A stretch of 60,180 nucleotides of DNA from Obrimoposthia wandeli (GCA_977020255.1 CDROCS010003045.1:1-60180); one strand, 5' to 3'. Positions 24,701 through 37,050 are shown, counted from the stretch's first letter. The notes: generated from the sequence alone by a model not told the origin. Translations and numbers: made by a program.

Positions 24701-25547
24701 GGATTACGCAGGACCAATTTTAACGAAGCAAGGCCGTGGAAATGTCAGAAGGAAACGGTACTTGTGTCTACTAACATGCTTACAGACCCGCGCAGAGCAT
24801 TTGGAAGTTACGTATGATTTAACAACAGATGAAGTGATCAGAGCGTTAAAACGTTGAAGGCGAGGACGACCAAGAATGTTTTTATCGGATAACGGGTGGA
24901 ATTTTGTTGGAAGATACGGAATTTTATAAAAGATACGTACAGTATTAAGAAAGAACTAGAAAAAGATGAGATCCGATTTGTGTTTAACTTACCTCACCGC
25001 ACTTTGGAAGAGTTTTTGAAATTATGGTGAAGTGTTCAAAAAGGCCATATTTAAACTACTGAAGAACGCGGATATTAGTGACGAAGAGTTAACAACCATC
25101 TTCATTGAAGCCGAAGCGTTGATAAATTCACGGCCGATTGGGATAAAAAATACAGATCCGAAGGAGAGCGAAGCGTTGACACCAAATCATTTTTTGATAG
25201 GCGAGGCACACGTAGAAACTGATTTTGAAGGAGAACGGTGTGGTATACAACAGCGTTGGAGGTTCGTGCAAAAGTTGACGACAGAGCTATGGAAACGATG
25301 GATGGAGGAGATTGTGCCAATGTGGGCACCTCGACAACGGTGGAATCAGGAACGTACGCCGTTGAAGAATGGAGATATGGTTTGGGTTATTGATAAGCAA
25401 AGTGAGAGAGGGCAATGGAAGTTGGGGAGAGTCGTCGAAGTCAGTCCGGGAACGGATAAGAATGTGAGAGTAGCAACGGTGAAGATTGGGACACAGACGG
25501 AAGTAAAGTCGCTCGGACTCCTTTGTAAGCTAGAATGTGAGGCGTGA
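21721..25547 (+). pseudogene. pol: BEL/Pao Pol: protease, RT, RNase H, integrase (multiple stops/frameshifts)
   Basis: PR NALLDDASTRSYI; [39 protein letters not shown], catalytic motif mutated to YMHD; RH FVDASEQAYG, VAPLKVKSIPRLELLAA, WLDSLNVLWWI, WRHVPTKLNPTDILSR; IN HHYAG/CVTC, VGVDYAGP, FLSDNG, ALTPNHFLIG. Confidence 0.95.
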
Positions 25548-25675
25548 ATAGGACGATGAAAAATAAAAGAAGGTGACGTATGATCCGGCATGATCTGAAA
25601 CTGCATCAAAGTATGATCCAGCATGATCTGAAACGGTATCGAGGAAAGGCTAGGTTAAGGTGATCTAGTTAGATC

Positions 25676-25688
25676 AAAGGGGTTAGGA
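25676..25688 (+). promoter_or_regulatory. Polypurine tract
   Basis: AAAGGGGTTAGGA immediately before the 3' LTR TG. Confidence 0.6.
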
Positions 25689-26012
25689 TGTTTAGGATCG
25701 ACTCTTATTAATGTCTCAGATAGTAAAGGCATTATTAATGCATAATTCATTATTTTTTAAATTAATTATTGAAAAATCAATACTGTCTGAGACTGCTTGG
25801 CAGTCAATGATGACAAAAGGATTTTAAAAGTTTGAAAATTTTTTGCCAAGGATTTAGAATTTAAATTTGAAGAAGTTATGGATTGATATCAGAAAATCAA
25901 ATCAAAAGGTTTGTAAAGTTTTCAGAAAAGTTGGTAAAGGTTTTATAGTAATAAAAAGATTTTAGAAGTGATGCGTTTACGATATTATATTCCGATATCC
26001 GTTTACGAAACA
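25689..26012 (+). repeat. 3' LTR of BEL/Pao element
   Basis: TGTTTAGG...GAAACA; matches the 5' LTR apart from scattered substitutions and an ~18-bp indel. Confidence 0.93.
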
Positions 26013-26528
26013 AGGACAAATCTGCCCATTTGTATCCACTGAAGGAAGATTAATTGGAATGCTAGAAAAGTTATATTTACTTATATCAATAAAATTGTTA
26101 TAAACCAAGCAAGCTACATAGATTAGGAAAATACGCGAAGGTACAGTTAGAAAGTTGTGGAGTCAATATAGAAAGTTGGATATGCGCAGAAAGAAGAAAG
26201 CAGAACCCTACACCTTCAGTGACCAGCTTTATAATCGAACAAGTGACCGAAAATTCGAAACACAAAACCCTCTATAAAGTGATTATTCGGGTGTATAGAA
26301 AATGTCAAACTGCATTTATTCTTACAATTTATATTTGTGGAAGGGGGAGATAATATCAATGAAGAACTGGAACAAGTTGGATTTCGTAATGTAAGTGCTG
26401 AAGAATATTAAAAGCACAGTGAAAATTGAGAATATTATGAAAACTTAAAGGCTGAAGAATTTTTTTTCAGTAATCGATTGAACGATTTTATGAAGATATC
26501 TAAATTGGTCATTTATCAATTTGTCATA

Positions 26529-26707
26529 CAGTAATTATTCACCTATAAGGGGTCCCACCTATAAGGGTGTCCGGTCACCGAAAATTTCACGCTTCACCTA
26601 TAATAGTACCTTTCCAAGCTTTTAAATAATGCATCTATAAGTGATTCGGTGTCGGTCTCTCTCAAAAACATGTTTTAATGAATACCCTTACAGGTGAATA
26701 ATTACTG
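26529..26707. mobile_element. Tc1/mariner-type MITE (179 bp)
   Basis: TIRs CAGTAATTATTCACCT(A/G)TAAGGG, flanked by TA on both sides. Confidence 0.9.
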
Positions 26708-26860
26708 TAGTGCTTAAAATTTTATCAACGCTATCAAAATTGTTTGCTTCTGTAAATTCACTAATACATTGTAATATCCTTCAAAAGCTCCGATATTCAA
26801 ATGGCCTGCTTGAGCCTATTATCGGGAATCATCAAATTAGCAATTATAAAACATCGTTGA

Positions 26861-27325
26861 TTATTCATTTATATCTGCTGCAGCAGTCAACTCATTTTCC
26901 AAAGACCATTTTGTTTTTTCGGTTTTGTTTCCATATGTAATTTGTCTTATAGCCTTAAATATTTAAGATTATGCTAATTTATCAATAATTAAAAATCTGA
27001 ATTAAATCCAAAATGACGATTGGAAAAATAAAATACCTTGACTTACTTTTACATCTCCGTATTTCTTTATTCCCATTTTTGGAAGATTATTCTGATTAAT
27101 TAAAAACAATCGACGCCCATTGATGAAATTTTCTGTGAAACACTCCTAATGACAATAATTGCTATACAGAAAAAAATTTACTTTATAGTGTCCATATCCA
27201 ATTTCTTCGATAAATTCGACCACCTCTTCACAATCCCAGTACAGACAAGCAGGAACATTTTCTGATTTCAGATCTTTAAATTTCACTAATTCTACTGGAT
27301 TTAATTTATCTGTAATTTCACTCAT
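26861..27325 (-). CDS. Small SAM-domain protein, SAMD15-like; exons 27325-27182, 27145-27047, 26953-26861
   Basis: VPACLYWDCEEVVEFIEEIGYGHYK | ECFTENFINGRRLFLINQNNLPKMGIKKYGDVK; GT-AG phase-0 introns of 36 and 93 bp. Exon 3 (AIRQITYG...DINE*) is less certain. Confidence 0.8.
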
Positions 27326-28674
27326 TTTAAGAATTTAAAGATATATGTGTCATATAGTTATTGGAAACATAGATTTGATTTATTTAAATATTATTTTATT
27401 TCAATACTTTACTAATTTGTTTCAAATTAAAAAATTTTAAACATAAAAATATTTAGAAAAAAATGAAATGACAATTATTGAACAAGTTTCTTACTTTTTA
27501 TAATTTTTTTCGGCTGAATTATATTTAGAAATTATTATAAAGTCCTTGTAGTACTTTAATTTGTATTTATGATCAAAGAAAAATGATATATTAAGATAAT
27601 TTAAAAATCCGTATTTGATGAAAATCTAGTCATTATTTTGAGGAAAGTTTTTTCCAATTACATGCAAAATTGGAATCAATAACTTTTATCCAGATGAAAT
27701 GGAAGAAAGATTACTAAAAACTCAATTTATAAGAACATAAAGAATCTTTCACACATTTTCTTCAAATAATTATGATTACAGATGTGTCTTGAAGTAGCAA
27801 ACCTCAAATAAACAATTATAGTTCAATAAAATAAACATTACTTTGAATGTAATTCAATCCCCACAATTCGTTGTACTTGACAGACGACTTATTTGACCAT
27901 CTAAAACTCCTTATAAGTATGTTAAAACTTAAAATTATAAAACTGTAAATCAGCTGTTTGATAATTAATATAAGTCTAGAATTCATTTTGAAATATCAAA
28001 TGAATTACATTTCATGAAGAACGCTGTTCTTTTCTGAGAATTGAAGGAATAATGAATAAACACAGCCTTGTCATATGAAAAATATTTAAAATCTCATAGT
28101 TTTGATTTTTTAAAATGAAATCTCCTGGAGTTTGCGTTTGGTTCCCAATGTTCGGTAACAAGCTATTGTTCACTTTTCTTTAATGAGAATATTTTAGGTC
28201 ACTCGTGCAAATTAAATCTTGAAACGTTGTTAATCTCATAGGAATGTGCAAAATACTTTAAAAATTTCTTGAAACTATCAGGGTTGCCATTATATTAATT
28301 TAACAAAATAATATAAGTTACTTAATTTTTTTTAGCAATTAAATCTATTAAAAATATTTAAGAGTATTAAGATTCAATTAAGAAAAGTAGGCTTAAATTA
28401 AAATGTTTTTATATTATAATAATTAATTATTCTATTATGTTAAATAGAAGGATTATATTACTTTTAATATATTTTAACTTCTTCATAAACGATCAGGAGT
28501 GAATGACGATGTGATTTGATTGGTTTGAACTGGAAAATTACCTCCACAAAAACGGATTATTCCCTCATCGATAAGCGATGCAACCAACTAGTGGTGCATC
28601 TGTGGCTAAGGGTGCGAGAGATTAGGGGTTATTAGAGAAAAAGAGGACTAAGAGGGTCTTATGCGACATTATCG

Positions 28675-30430
28675 TTGGATTTGACTATCGACATTGTTAT
28701 TGAATTAGATTTACCACAGCACTTTATCGACTCCTTAAGAGTAATAGTTGAAAGATTCCTCTCTTGTAAGGTGCAATTTGGGCTCCTGGTAGAGTTCGAC
28801 AATGATAATAGAGTGAAACAATGGAAGGTTTTCAAACAAGGCCACTTTCTTCTCACCCGAATTTATCGATCGGGGTATATAGTCTCTCAATGCTAAGATT
28901 GAAAAGTACTCACATAATGCTAGTAATTGGCAGCTCAAACGTATCCTGGAGATAAATTGTATTATCGGAAAAGAATAGGATATATTGCTACGCACAATGA
29001 ACTTCACAATTCGGTTGTGAATGTTCAGAATGCGGGTGTTTTGTGTTTTATATATAGCATACTTGCTATTCTGACGTACGATATTATATCTCAGCATAAG
29101 TATAGAGTCTCACAATATGATCGATATTCAGGAGATTTGATATACTCTTTAAACGACATGTCTATGAGATAAGCTAATATTCCTCGTTTCGAAAGAGAGA
29201 ATTCATCCTTATTAATTAATGTATTCACTTACAATCACATCGGCACAATTACTTCTTCACATCAGGATATTAAAAAAATCCTTTTATTGATGCATTATAT
29301 CGAACCACTAATCCTGAAGGCAATCCAGTTAATTTAATTCTGTTGGAAGAAGAAGAGAAATATCACTACGTCGCAATTCCAAATCTTAATAGGCTTCTAA
29401 CTATTATAACAACGAAGATTCTACTCGAATCCAATGTTAATGATATCATAAATGTCTTCATAGATTTAAACAGGAAATAAGTTTTGAGAAGCATAAACCT
29501 CTTCGTATGTTGATTATGGAGCATAATACTATATACCAGATGCCAGAAGACAAATATATTCAATTAACAGATTTTTCAGAAACGATTTCACCACCATTTG
29601 TTGTTTACAGAGATTTTGAAGCAGTTCTCCCACCCCATAGGATTCATAATCAAATTCATCTCCCCATTGTAGTCGGTATGTTGATGTTGCCAAATGCTGC
29701 AAGAAGATTCACTCAAAATTATTCACTTTTCACTGGTGGAACCCGTGTTGTTCAATTCTCTCCAAGTTGGAGATGTTGGTGAAGACAGTTGTTTTGCCTT
29801 GGTATAAGAAACACAGTGAAAGTTAAGCAAGCACTTACGATCGAGGAAGTAGCTAGGTTTCAAATAGGCTACTAGTTGTTACCTCTGTAATAAGATATGC
29901 ATTAAAAAGGTAGGATACCTTGCGACCATATGACCGGCAAGTAACTTGGAGCAGCTCACAGTAAGTGCAATTTATTCAGACGACTGAATTGTGCTATCCC
30001 AGTAGTGTTTCATAACCTGAGAGAGTACGATCTCCATCACATTCTCAAACATGCCCCGAACAAGTAACCTAAATGGAGTATTTAGGAAGTGATTCTATAG
30101 TCTACTGAGATATTTCAAGCAATGCTTCGCGCACATTGATGGAATGTGTATTAAATTCATCGATTCCATTCAGTTTGGAGAAAGTAGTTTTGAAAAACCT
30201 GTTGAAAATCTAATTTCCATTACATTGACACATATTTGTTTTTCAACCTCATCTTGTGGATTATAAAGGGATATTTCGATATGATATGGCAGTATCAGAG
30301 AGTGCTTTCAGATCAATAATAAGATTTATTTACCAGACCGATTGGAATTAGAAGTAATAATAGCTGAATTTGATTTGTACATCCTAATGATATGCATGAT
30401 CTATATTAGACGATGTTCCATTAGACCCAC
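28675..30430 (+). pseudogene. Protein-primed DNA polymerase B with EndoVII-like insert (degenerate)
   Basis: KVQFGLLVEF; MPEDKYIQL..PPFVVYRDFE; C.LC..V.D.C.HMTGK..GAAHSKCNL..IPVVFHNLREYD; KGIF; HP..MHD..DVPL.P. Confidence 0.85.
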
Positions 30431-30496
30431 GTAAGGATTTACCACATAGAAAATATTTAACTCGCTGAACAAAAAATACACTTAATGCGCACAAAC

Positions 30497-30546
30497 AATT
30501 TCCACTGGAAATTCATCGATCCTAGATGAAGTAGAACCTTACGGTG
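30497..30546. repeat. ~50-nt hairpin-containing motif, inverted homolog of 14357-14410
   Basis: AATTTCCACTGGAAATTCATCGATCCTAGATGAAGTAGAACCTTACGGTG versus the reverse complement of 14357-14410. Confidence 0.7.
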
Positions 30547-30559
30547 ATTATTAAATTGT

Positions 30560-30745
30560 AATGATTTATGAATCTGCGGTTGTGGTCTTATTGTCGTGTT
30601 ACTGAATAGATTCATTACCGTATTTAGTTTGCCACATTCGACAGTGTTGTGGTTTATCATATTACATATTTTACAATATTTCGTATTTAATTATTAAAAT
30701 ATATACTTTGATTATTATTCTGAGGTCTTCTATTTGCCATAATTT
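30560..30745 (-). mobile_element. Gag zinc-knuckle fragment related to the gypsy element at 8700-8880
   Basis: CKICNMINHNTVECGKLNTVMNLFSNTTIRPQPQI versus CKICNMKNHNTDDCGKLNTMMNQFGNTTITQQPQV. Confidence 0.85.
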
Positions 30746-30789
30746 GCTTATATAATAATTTTGACAAGTTTATGAAATCTTTGTATATG

Positions 30790-31600
30790 GTTTTACCTAG
30801 TAACGGATGCCCTACAGAACTCCAGCCGGATAAGGATGCTAGTAGCTTTATTATCGATTAGGACAATCCTATAAATCTTCAAGTAAAATGAGGAAGCGGC
30901 TTTAACAGAATTTTCTGTTTTATTATTCTCCAAATACTATCAGAAAACTCACATATTTCGGTTTAGAAAAGAAATGAAGTATGATGAAGCAAATAATGTT
31001 ATGATTGGGTTTGATAATAAAATAAAAATATTATATAGATAAAGAAGTGAAATGTTTATATGAAAATAACAAAGTCATGTTTAAAAATCGATAAGAATTT
31101 ATTCAATTGACATTTGAATCTAAAAAAGAAGCTGTTCAATTCGGTTTTGAAAGCTAACATGTATTAGGTAATATAAAACATGATTTTGTTTTATCTAAAT
31201 CGATTAGAAATGTTTCTGGAAGAGTAACAAACCTGTTGTTAGCTAATACTAGATCTAAAGATGTGCTGAACTGAAAAGGTTTTCAAAATATTATAAAATA
31301 GATAGTGAAGTGAATTTATGTAATTTTTTAATGAAGGAATTCAGTGAATATTTGGATAAATGTGTAACATTAAAAAATTGTAAATGACATTTACAGTAAA
31401 AGAAAGCAATATAAAACGATTTTTCTTTGATGATAAACTCGATAAAATTTGGTTTACTGGAAATACTTTGAAACACATACAAAAAAAAACATAAAAGCTA
31501 AAATTCAGGCAAATTTTTAAACTCTATTAATCAATTATATATTTCAACTAGTGTTATAGAACCAACGGTTTTAGGATGACTGCTGATTTCACTTTTGAGA
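30790..31600 (+). pseudogene. Maverick penton/minor capsid relic
   Basis: ASSFIID*DNPINLQVK*EAALTEFS (F..Lp.pi.L.g.We.aL) and QLYISTSVIEPT.(I/L)G motifs. Confidence 0.6.
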
Positions 31601-31789
31601 ACAGTATAGATCCCAAAGTCGAACTAAATTGGGAGAGTTATCGGTATTCGTAAGATCAACCAGTGTATCTTCCAGTTGCTGTCTTATATATAAAAATATA
31701 AAAAATTAATAATAGAGATGATTCCGGACAACTAATAGATTTCACATACAAAGCCAAGACAAGTTTAACAATACATTTAAGTAAACGAA

Positions 31790-31891
31790 ATGGCAAATAA
31801 GGCAATAATTGAGGCTTTTAGTCAAAGCAAACAAGTTGGAGAATTACCATATTTTGTTGGTAAACAATATGGATCTGGCTGCACAGCTTAG
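31790..31891 (+). pseudogene. Maverick core-protein (PZ/pVII-like) N-terminus
   Basis: MANKAIIEAFSQSKQVGELPYFVGKQYGSG. Confidence 0.6.
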
Positions 31892-31904
31892 GTAGATTAG
31901 GTAG

Positions 31905-34900
31905 ATCATAAAGCTTTGATTGAAAGTCTATTGAATTATAATACTGATACTCAAAATACTAATTTGTCCATTATTGGTTTTGATAAAAACGGTAGAAACT
32001 CGCAAAAAGAATATATTGCAGTTTAAAGTGTACTAAATGTGTGGGTCTATGAGAATAATTTATTTGAACAACCTAAATATTTAATTCCTGGTATTAATGT
32101 ACACCTTCGTTTAAACGCAACAAATGGAATTCTTCTTTGATGAGCACAGACGTTCTAAAACCTAGACTTGATATTTTGGATGCGTTTCGAAGAGTTAAAA
32201 CCGAGCCATATGTTTTAATGGCACATAATATGGGAATGGAAGAGAAATATTAGAGAAACTAAACTTATAGCATACTCTTTGGGTATGGGTACGCTAAAAG
32301 CTTTTTAATAAGGATCAAATGTTTATTGATGTAAGATTACCAAAATTCGTTTTTAATATAATTTCAAAAATCCTGCAAAGTTTTTTAAGAAATTAAATGA
32401 TAGATGTAACCAAATTTATAATCGTAATGTGGGGTTTAGTGAGACCTTCAAGAAAGAGCGATTATCGTGAAACCTTTAAAACAGATTTCAAAGGAAACTC
32501 TTATGAGTAGGTAGATATGTCCTTTCAGGCACAAAGTCCCTGATGTATGTTGTCAAGTCAAGGTCATATGAGGGCAAGGTCAGGGCTTTGTCCCGAGAGA
32601 CACACCTCAGAGTAGGGGATGTGCGTCATTCAGGACCAACGACATCCCATTAATGACTCATTGCATGGCTCATATTCTATTTTTAGTAACATACTTTTAA
32701 AACTATATATATTTTTTTATCTAAATGTTGAATTAACATGCGGTCTTTTACCAAAAGATATATCTTGTGTGTGTATGTTCTTCTTCAAGCTTAACTCACA
32801 TATATTATATGTGTGTGTACTCCCTCAACTCCCATACGTATGGGTGTGTATACTACCTCTAGGTTATTTTTATGTGTGTATCTGGAACTATCATCATAAA
32901 GATATTTTGTTTAAATACATCAATTGCATAATTATATTATTTAAACAAAATTCATTTAATTAAAATAATATAAATTTAATTAGCTGAATGTATCTACGTT
33001 ATTATATATCATGTGCATTTTATTTAATTCGAAATTCTATTAAATTATCCATTGTTAATTAAAAGAAAATTTGTTTTACTACATCAATAAAATTAATTAA
33101 TCCGAGAAGAGTATATAAGAGAAATATTTTAGTTTTAATTAATTATTTTGAAAAATGGAAGATACACGCCAAAAAATTACTCAACGAATTGATGGAGAGC
33201 GAGTCCACATGAGGGCGTGAGGCTCCAGGAGGCTTTCGAATTAAAATGATCCCGGGCTTCTTTGGCTGGTCATCAAAAGGCCAGCCACTCATCATGCCAA
33301 TTGACAACTGGCGATTAGGTCCATGAACACACGCACACACATGAGAACGAACCCAAAGTCCTCATTAGGGCTACATAAAACAGGGATGGAAGGGGAAAAG
33401 AAAAAGCCTTTAGTTAGAGTTTTTAAAAAAATATGATTTTAAACGTCATATAAAAAATTAATTTTTAAAACTTTAGCTATTTAAAAATATAATTAAACTA
33501 TCTACTCATAAAATTAGTATTATACAATTTCCTAAATTTAATTAAACTATCTACTCATAAAAATAAGTTTTATATAATTTGCAAAATATATTTGAACGTT
33601 CTTATACGTGTGTGTAACAAAGACGGCCAGGTATTGCACCTATATTGCAAAAACTTGCAACTTGATGTAATTACTAATCAAGTATTATATAATTTCTAAA
33701 TAAAATATTTTTTAACTACTTATAAGTTAAAATAATTGTATTAAGATAAATTTATCTAGGTAGCAAAGATGATTACGTACTACATCTATGTTGTAAAAAA
33801 ATCTTTATGTAATTACAGAGTCTTTTTAGCGTCAAATTTTGTACCAAGATTTTGTACCAAGATATGCATTAGGATTCTTTTTAATTGCACTGAATGCTTT
33901 ATTTAATCCTATAAAAATATCAAGTATACCATTCAATTTTTGTATACCTGCAATATAATTCATATTCTTTTTCAATTTTAGAGCATTCGTATTAACTCCA
34001 CTAAACCATCTACTTAAAAGATTTTCTACTATAAAAAGAACAGCCCCCTCTTCATAATTTTCTTTTTCGTCTTTTTAGACTTTAATGATTTAGTAACTTT
34101 TTTTACTCATATTCATATTAAATATTATTAAATTATTACAATAGTTTATATAAAAAATAATACAAATAAAAACATAAAAATATATTAATCAACTCTAACT
34201 GCCTCAATTATTTTCTATACCGGAGTTTCCAATTCAGAGGGCCCGATCTTGCATCATTGAATTCTGATTGAGAGAATCCATTCTAATCAAAGGGGATGTC
34301 CATCGAATATTGATCCATCCTCCTGCTTGAAAAATGGCATTTGATCTTGATTGTGAATTTGTTTTCTTGAAGCTCATATCTATTGATTCTCTCTTATCCA
34401 CTGAAGTCAAATTTGATACTTCAAAATCAAATTAAAAGCGATCCGATGTTGACAGGAAAAATAAAATTACAGTTATGAGCTTTCTTCAAAAAGTGCATCT
34501 CATATTCATAATATTTATGCATAGATTGATATAGCTTTTCAAAATTCATATTTATAATTATAAGTTGAAATATTCAATTGTTTATCCTCTAAAGCTCAGT
34601 TCTAATTAGTTAACATTCTTGTTTATGAAAATAGTTTAGTATTAGTCAAATCCTTAAAGGGCGTACGTTCAACAGTTACTCATGTAGGATTTGTTATTGT
34701 TTGATTCGATGGATTCATGTTTTTTATGGTTATTTCTATTATAATTCATATAAGCATATAAATGACTACCATAATCTACATATGTACTTGCTATATTTTA
34801 ATTATTTTGATTATTCATTTTCAATAAAATCATTATCAAAATATTGTTTATACTGCTTTGTTCTCAGAAACAAATACATCACATGACATCACTTGCACAT

Positions 34901-35707
34901 ATGTTGCAAAATTTGCAATATGGTTTAAAAATAGTATAAATAGAATAGACATGTTTATAATAATCAGAAGGGCTACTTCATAATATCAAATTAGTGAATA
35001 TTAATTACAAGGGAATGGTTGTAAGCGATATCTAACACTCCTTTCATTTCGAAGCCTCATCAGTATCGACTCAAATATGAAGGTAATACTATTAAAATTT
35101 TCAAATCTGGTAATTTATCTTTTACATTTTAATATTAATATAATTTCTGAACATGTAGAATAATTTAGATAAGAAAATATATAGTTTTAAAAATATGTTA
35201 CTAAAAATAAAATATGAGTCATGTTCCGGGGTATGAGTCATGTCTTTGCCCGGAAAGATGCACATCCCCTTCTCTGAGGTGTTCTTTTCAAGACAAAGCC
35301 TAGACCTTGACCTCATGTGACCTTGACCCCATGGTGACCTCATGAGGTCATGACCGTAACTTGACCTTAACTTGACATCATACCCCCGGGGGATTTGTGC
35401 CAGAAGAAACATATCTACCTACTCTCATGCACTGGCTTATACGCAATCTATTGTTCGAAATTTGAATCAATTACATAAAAATAAAAAACAATGGTATTTA
35501 TTTCACTGAGTTTAAAAGCAGCTACCCGTTCTTCACATTTATTTTTTGTCAGACTTTGATATAAACCAATGCCAACTACCAAAAGATGGAAATTTAAATC
35601 TAGAAATTAAATTCAATGCAGCTTTAACAAATCCTACTACAGTGCTTATTTACGGAGTATTTGATTCGGATATAAAAATCAACAAAAACAGAACTGTCAT
35701 ATTATAG
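31905..35707 (+). pseudogene. Maverick major capsid protein relic, split by an insertion (31905-32505 and 35430-35707)
   Basis: LIESLLNYNTD, LFEQPKYLIPGINVHLRL, KPRLDILDA; TDFKGNSY|ALAYTQSIVRNL across the insertion; KDGNLNLEIKFNAAL..IYGVFDSDIKINKNRTV*. Confidence 0.85.
32506..35423. mobile_element. Non-autonomous mini-Maverick (2918 bp) with ~220/260-bp TIRs and 6-bp TSD
   Basis: AGTAGGTAGATATGT...ACATATCTACCTACT; arms 32506-32726 and 35163-35423; TSD CTTATG/CTCATG; no coding capacity seen. Confidence 0.85.
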
Positions 35708-35708
35708 A

Positions 35709-36085
35709 ATGAAGTAAGATCCTTTTTAACTAATATTCATTAATTTTAATTTAGTTCAGTGCAAGTACAAGAATCAGCAGTGAAGTTACTAGGTGATAAA
35801 TTCAATCCTATTGATATAATTCCGTTTTTCAACCTGGATGTTACATTATCAATACTCATACTTTGAATTTATCAGAAGAACACTAAATAGCTATTTATGT
35901 TAAAGAGTGGACAATACAAGAATTTGATCCACTTGCAACGTATTATCCACACAAGCTAGTTTTGATTGTTTAAAAAGGATGAAAAAGAGTATTTTTACAA
36001 GATACAATACCAGGATCCCGCAACGATAAACTGTGGACATTTATGTATTGTATGGTTATCGTTTCAAAATGGTTTATATGATATA
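35709..36085 (+). pseudogene. Maverick adenain/Ulp1-like cysteine protease relic
   Basis: YIINTHT..EH*IAIYV..EFDPLA..QYQDPATINCGHLCIVWL (H-D-Q-C catalytic residues). Confidence 0.8.
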
Positions 36086-36399
36086 GTAATAAATATTTTA
36101 AAAAACATGTTTTATTTTGAATTATTTTATAAAGATAAATATAAACAATAATAAAAGATTCAAGAACTTTTTTTAATATGCATTTTTTCATAAAAAATAT
36201 CATAAAGAGATATTTCAGCAAAGATAAGGCCCAACCTAAAAAAGTATTGAAATAACAAAAAGTTAGTCAAGTTGCCATAGGGATCTAAAATTAAAAATAA
36301 AACTGATCAGAAAAATTAAATTATGAAAACCGTTTAAATTCGGAGGTGTCCGTAAGCCAGGCTAGCATTTTCTTTTCTACCCAAACGCGCTTGTTGTCA

Positions 36400-37050
36400 T
36401 TACTACTTAGAGTAATTTTATTGACTTATGGGAATACAGTTGATGGGCTCTTAAAATAAATTTAGTTTGCTCAAAGCTTTCAATACACTCAGTATCATAA
36501 ACGTTTCGGTAGGCTTCATGTGTAGGACTGTTTGTTATCACAACCTTTACTCTCATTGAACATGTATTATATGCATGTAAACTGTAGCATTTAGAACATA
36601 GGAAAATACAAATCATCATACGAAACATGACTCTCGCTTTCATCCTTAAATTTCCCGATAATATCCTTTAAACTCATAGAGTGTATAGGATGGTTAACGG
36701 GATATTTATGGGTATCAAGTAAGTTATCCCTAAACATTATCTTGCAGTAACTCGACATTAATCCTAAGAGATTTTATTGCCATTGTCCATGAAAGACCAG
36801 GTAAACTAAAGAAATACATTGGATCTAGCTCATCTTCTGCTAAAGATTTTACACGAAAGAACTCAAACACATAAGCTAAAAAATAAATGTCTAACTTCAG
36901 ATAATAAATCATATACTCTAGAAGATTTCGACAGTTACTCTCCAAAATGTACGTGCCTCATTATAGTCTTGAAGACTTACACCCTCGAATTCAGTTATGG
37001 TGGGATTTCTGTTGTATTTTGTAAATCTGCCAATATTTTTGCCAATTTAT
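36400..37050 (-). pseudogene. Second pPolB fragment, opposite orientation
   Basis: YLKLDIYFLAYVFEFFRVKSLAEDELDPMYFFSLPGLSWTMAIKSLRINVELLQD. Confidence 0.82.

Larger units (their letters stand above)
18733..26012 (+). mobile_element. Full-length BEL/Pao LTR retrotransposon (decayed)
   Basis: Direct LTRs 18733-19041 and 25689-26012; PBS; PPT; DUF1759-type gag; BEL-type RT, RNase H and integrase; imperfect TSD (a)GCGAC / AGGAC. Confidence 0.96.
28640..36100 (+). mobile_element. Maverick/Polinton relic with nested insertions
   Basis: Co-oriented remnants of pPolB, penton, core protein, major capsid and cysteine protease. Integrase, ATPase and termini not seen. Confidence 0.9.

Noticed and set aside
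6398-25547. APOBEC-like G-to-A hypermutation (several probable Trp codons now TAG/TAA)
   Set aside because: Only a handful of cases, and the ancestral codons are inferred; ordinary AT-biased decay explains them.
28275-28295. CAGGGTTGCCA hAT-like TIR
   Set aside because: No partner TIR or TSD found.
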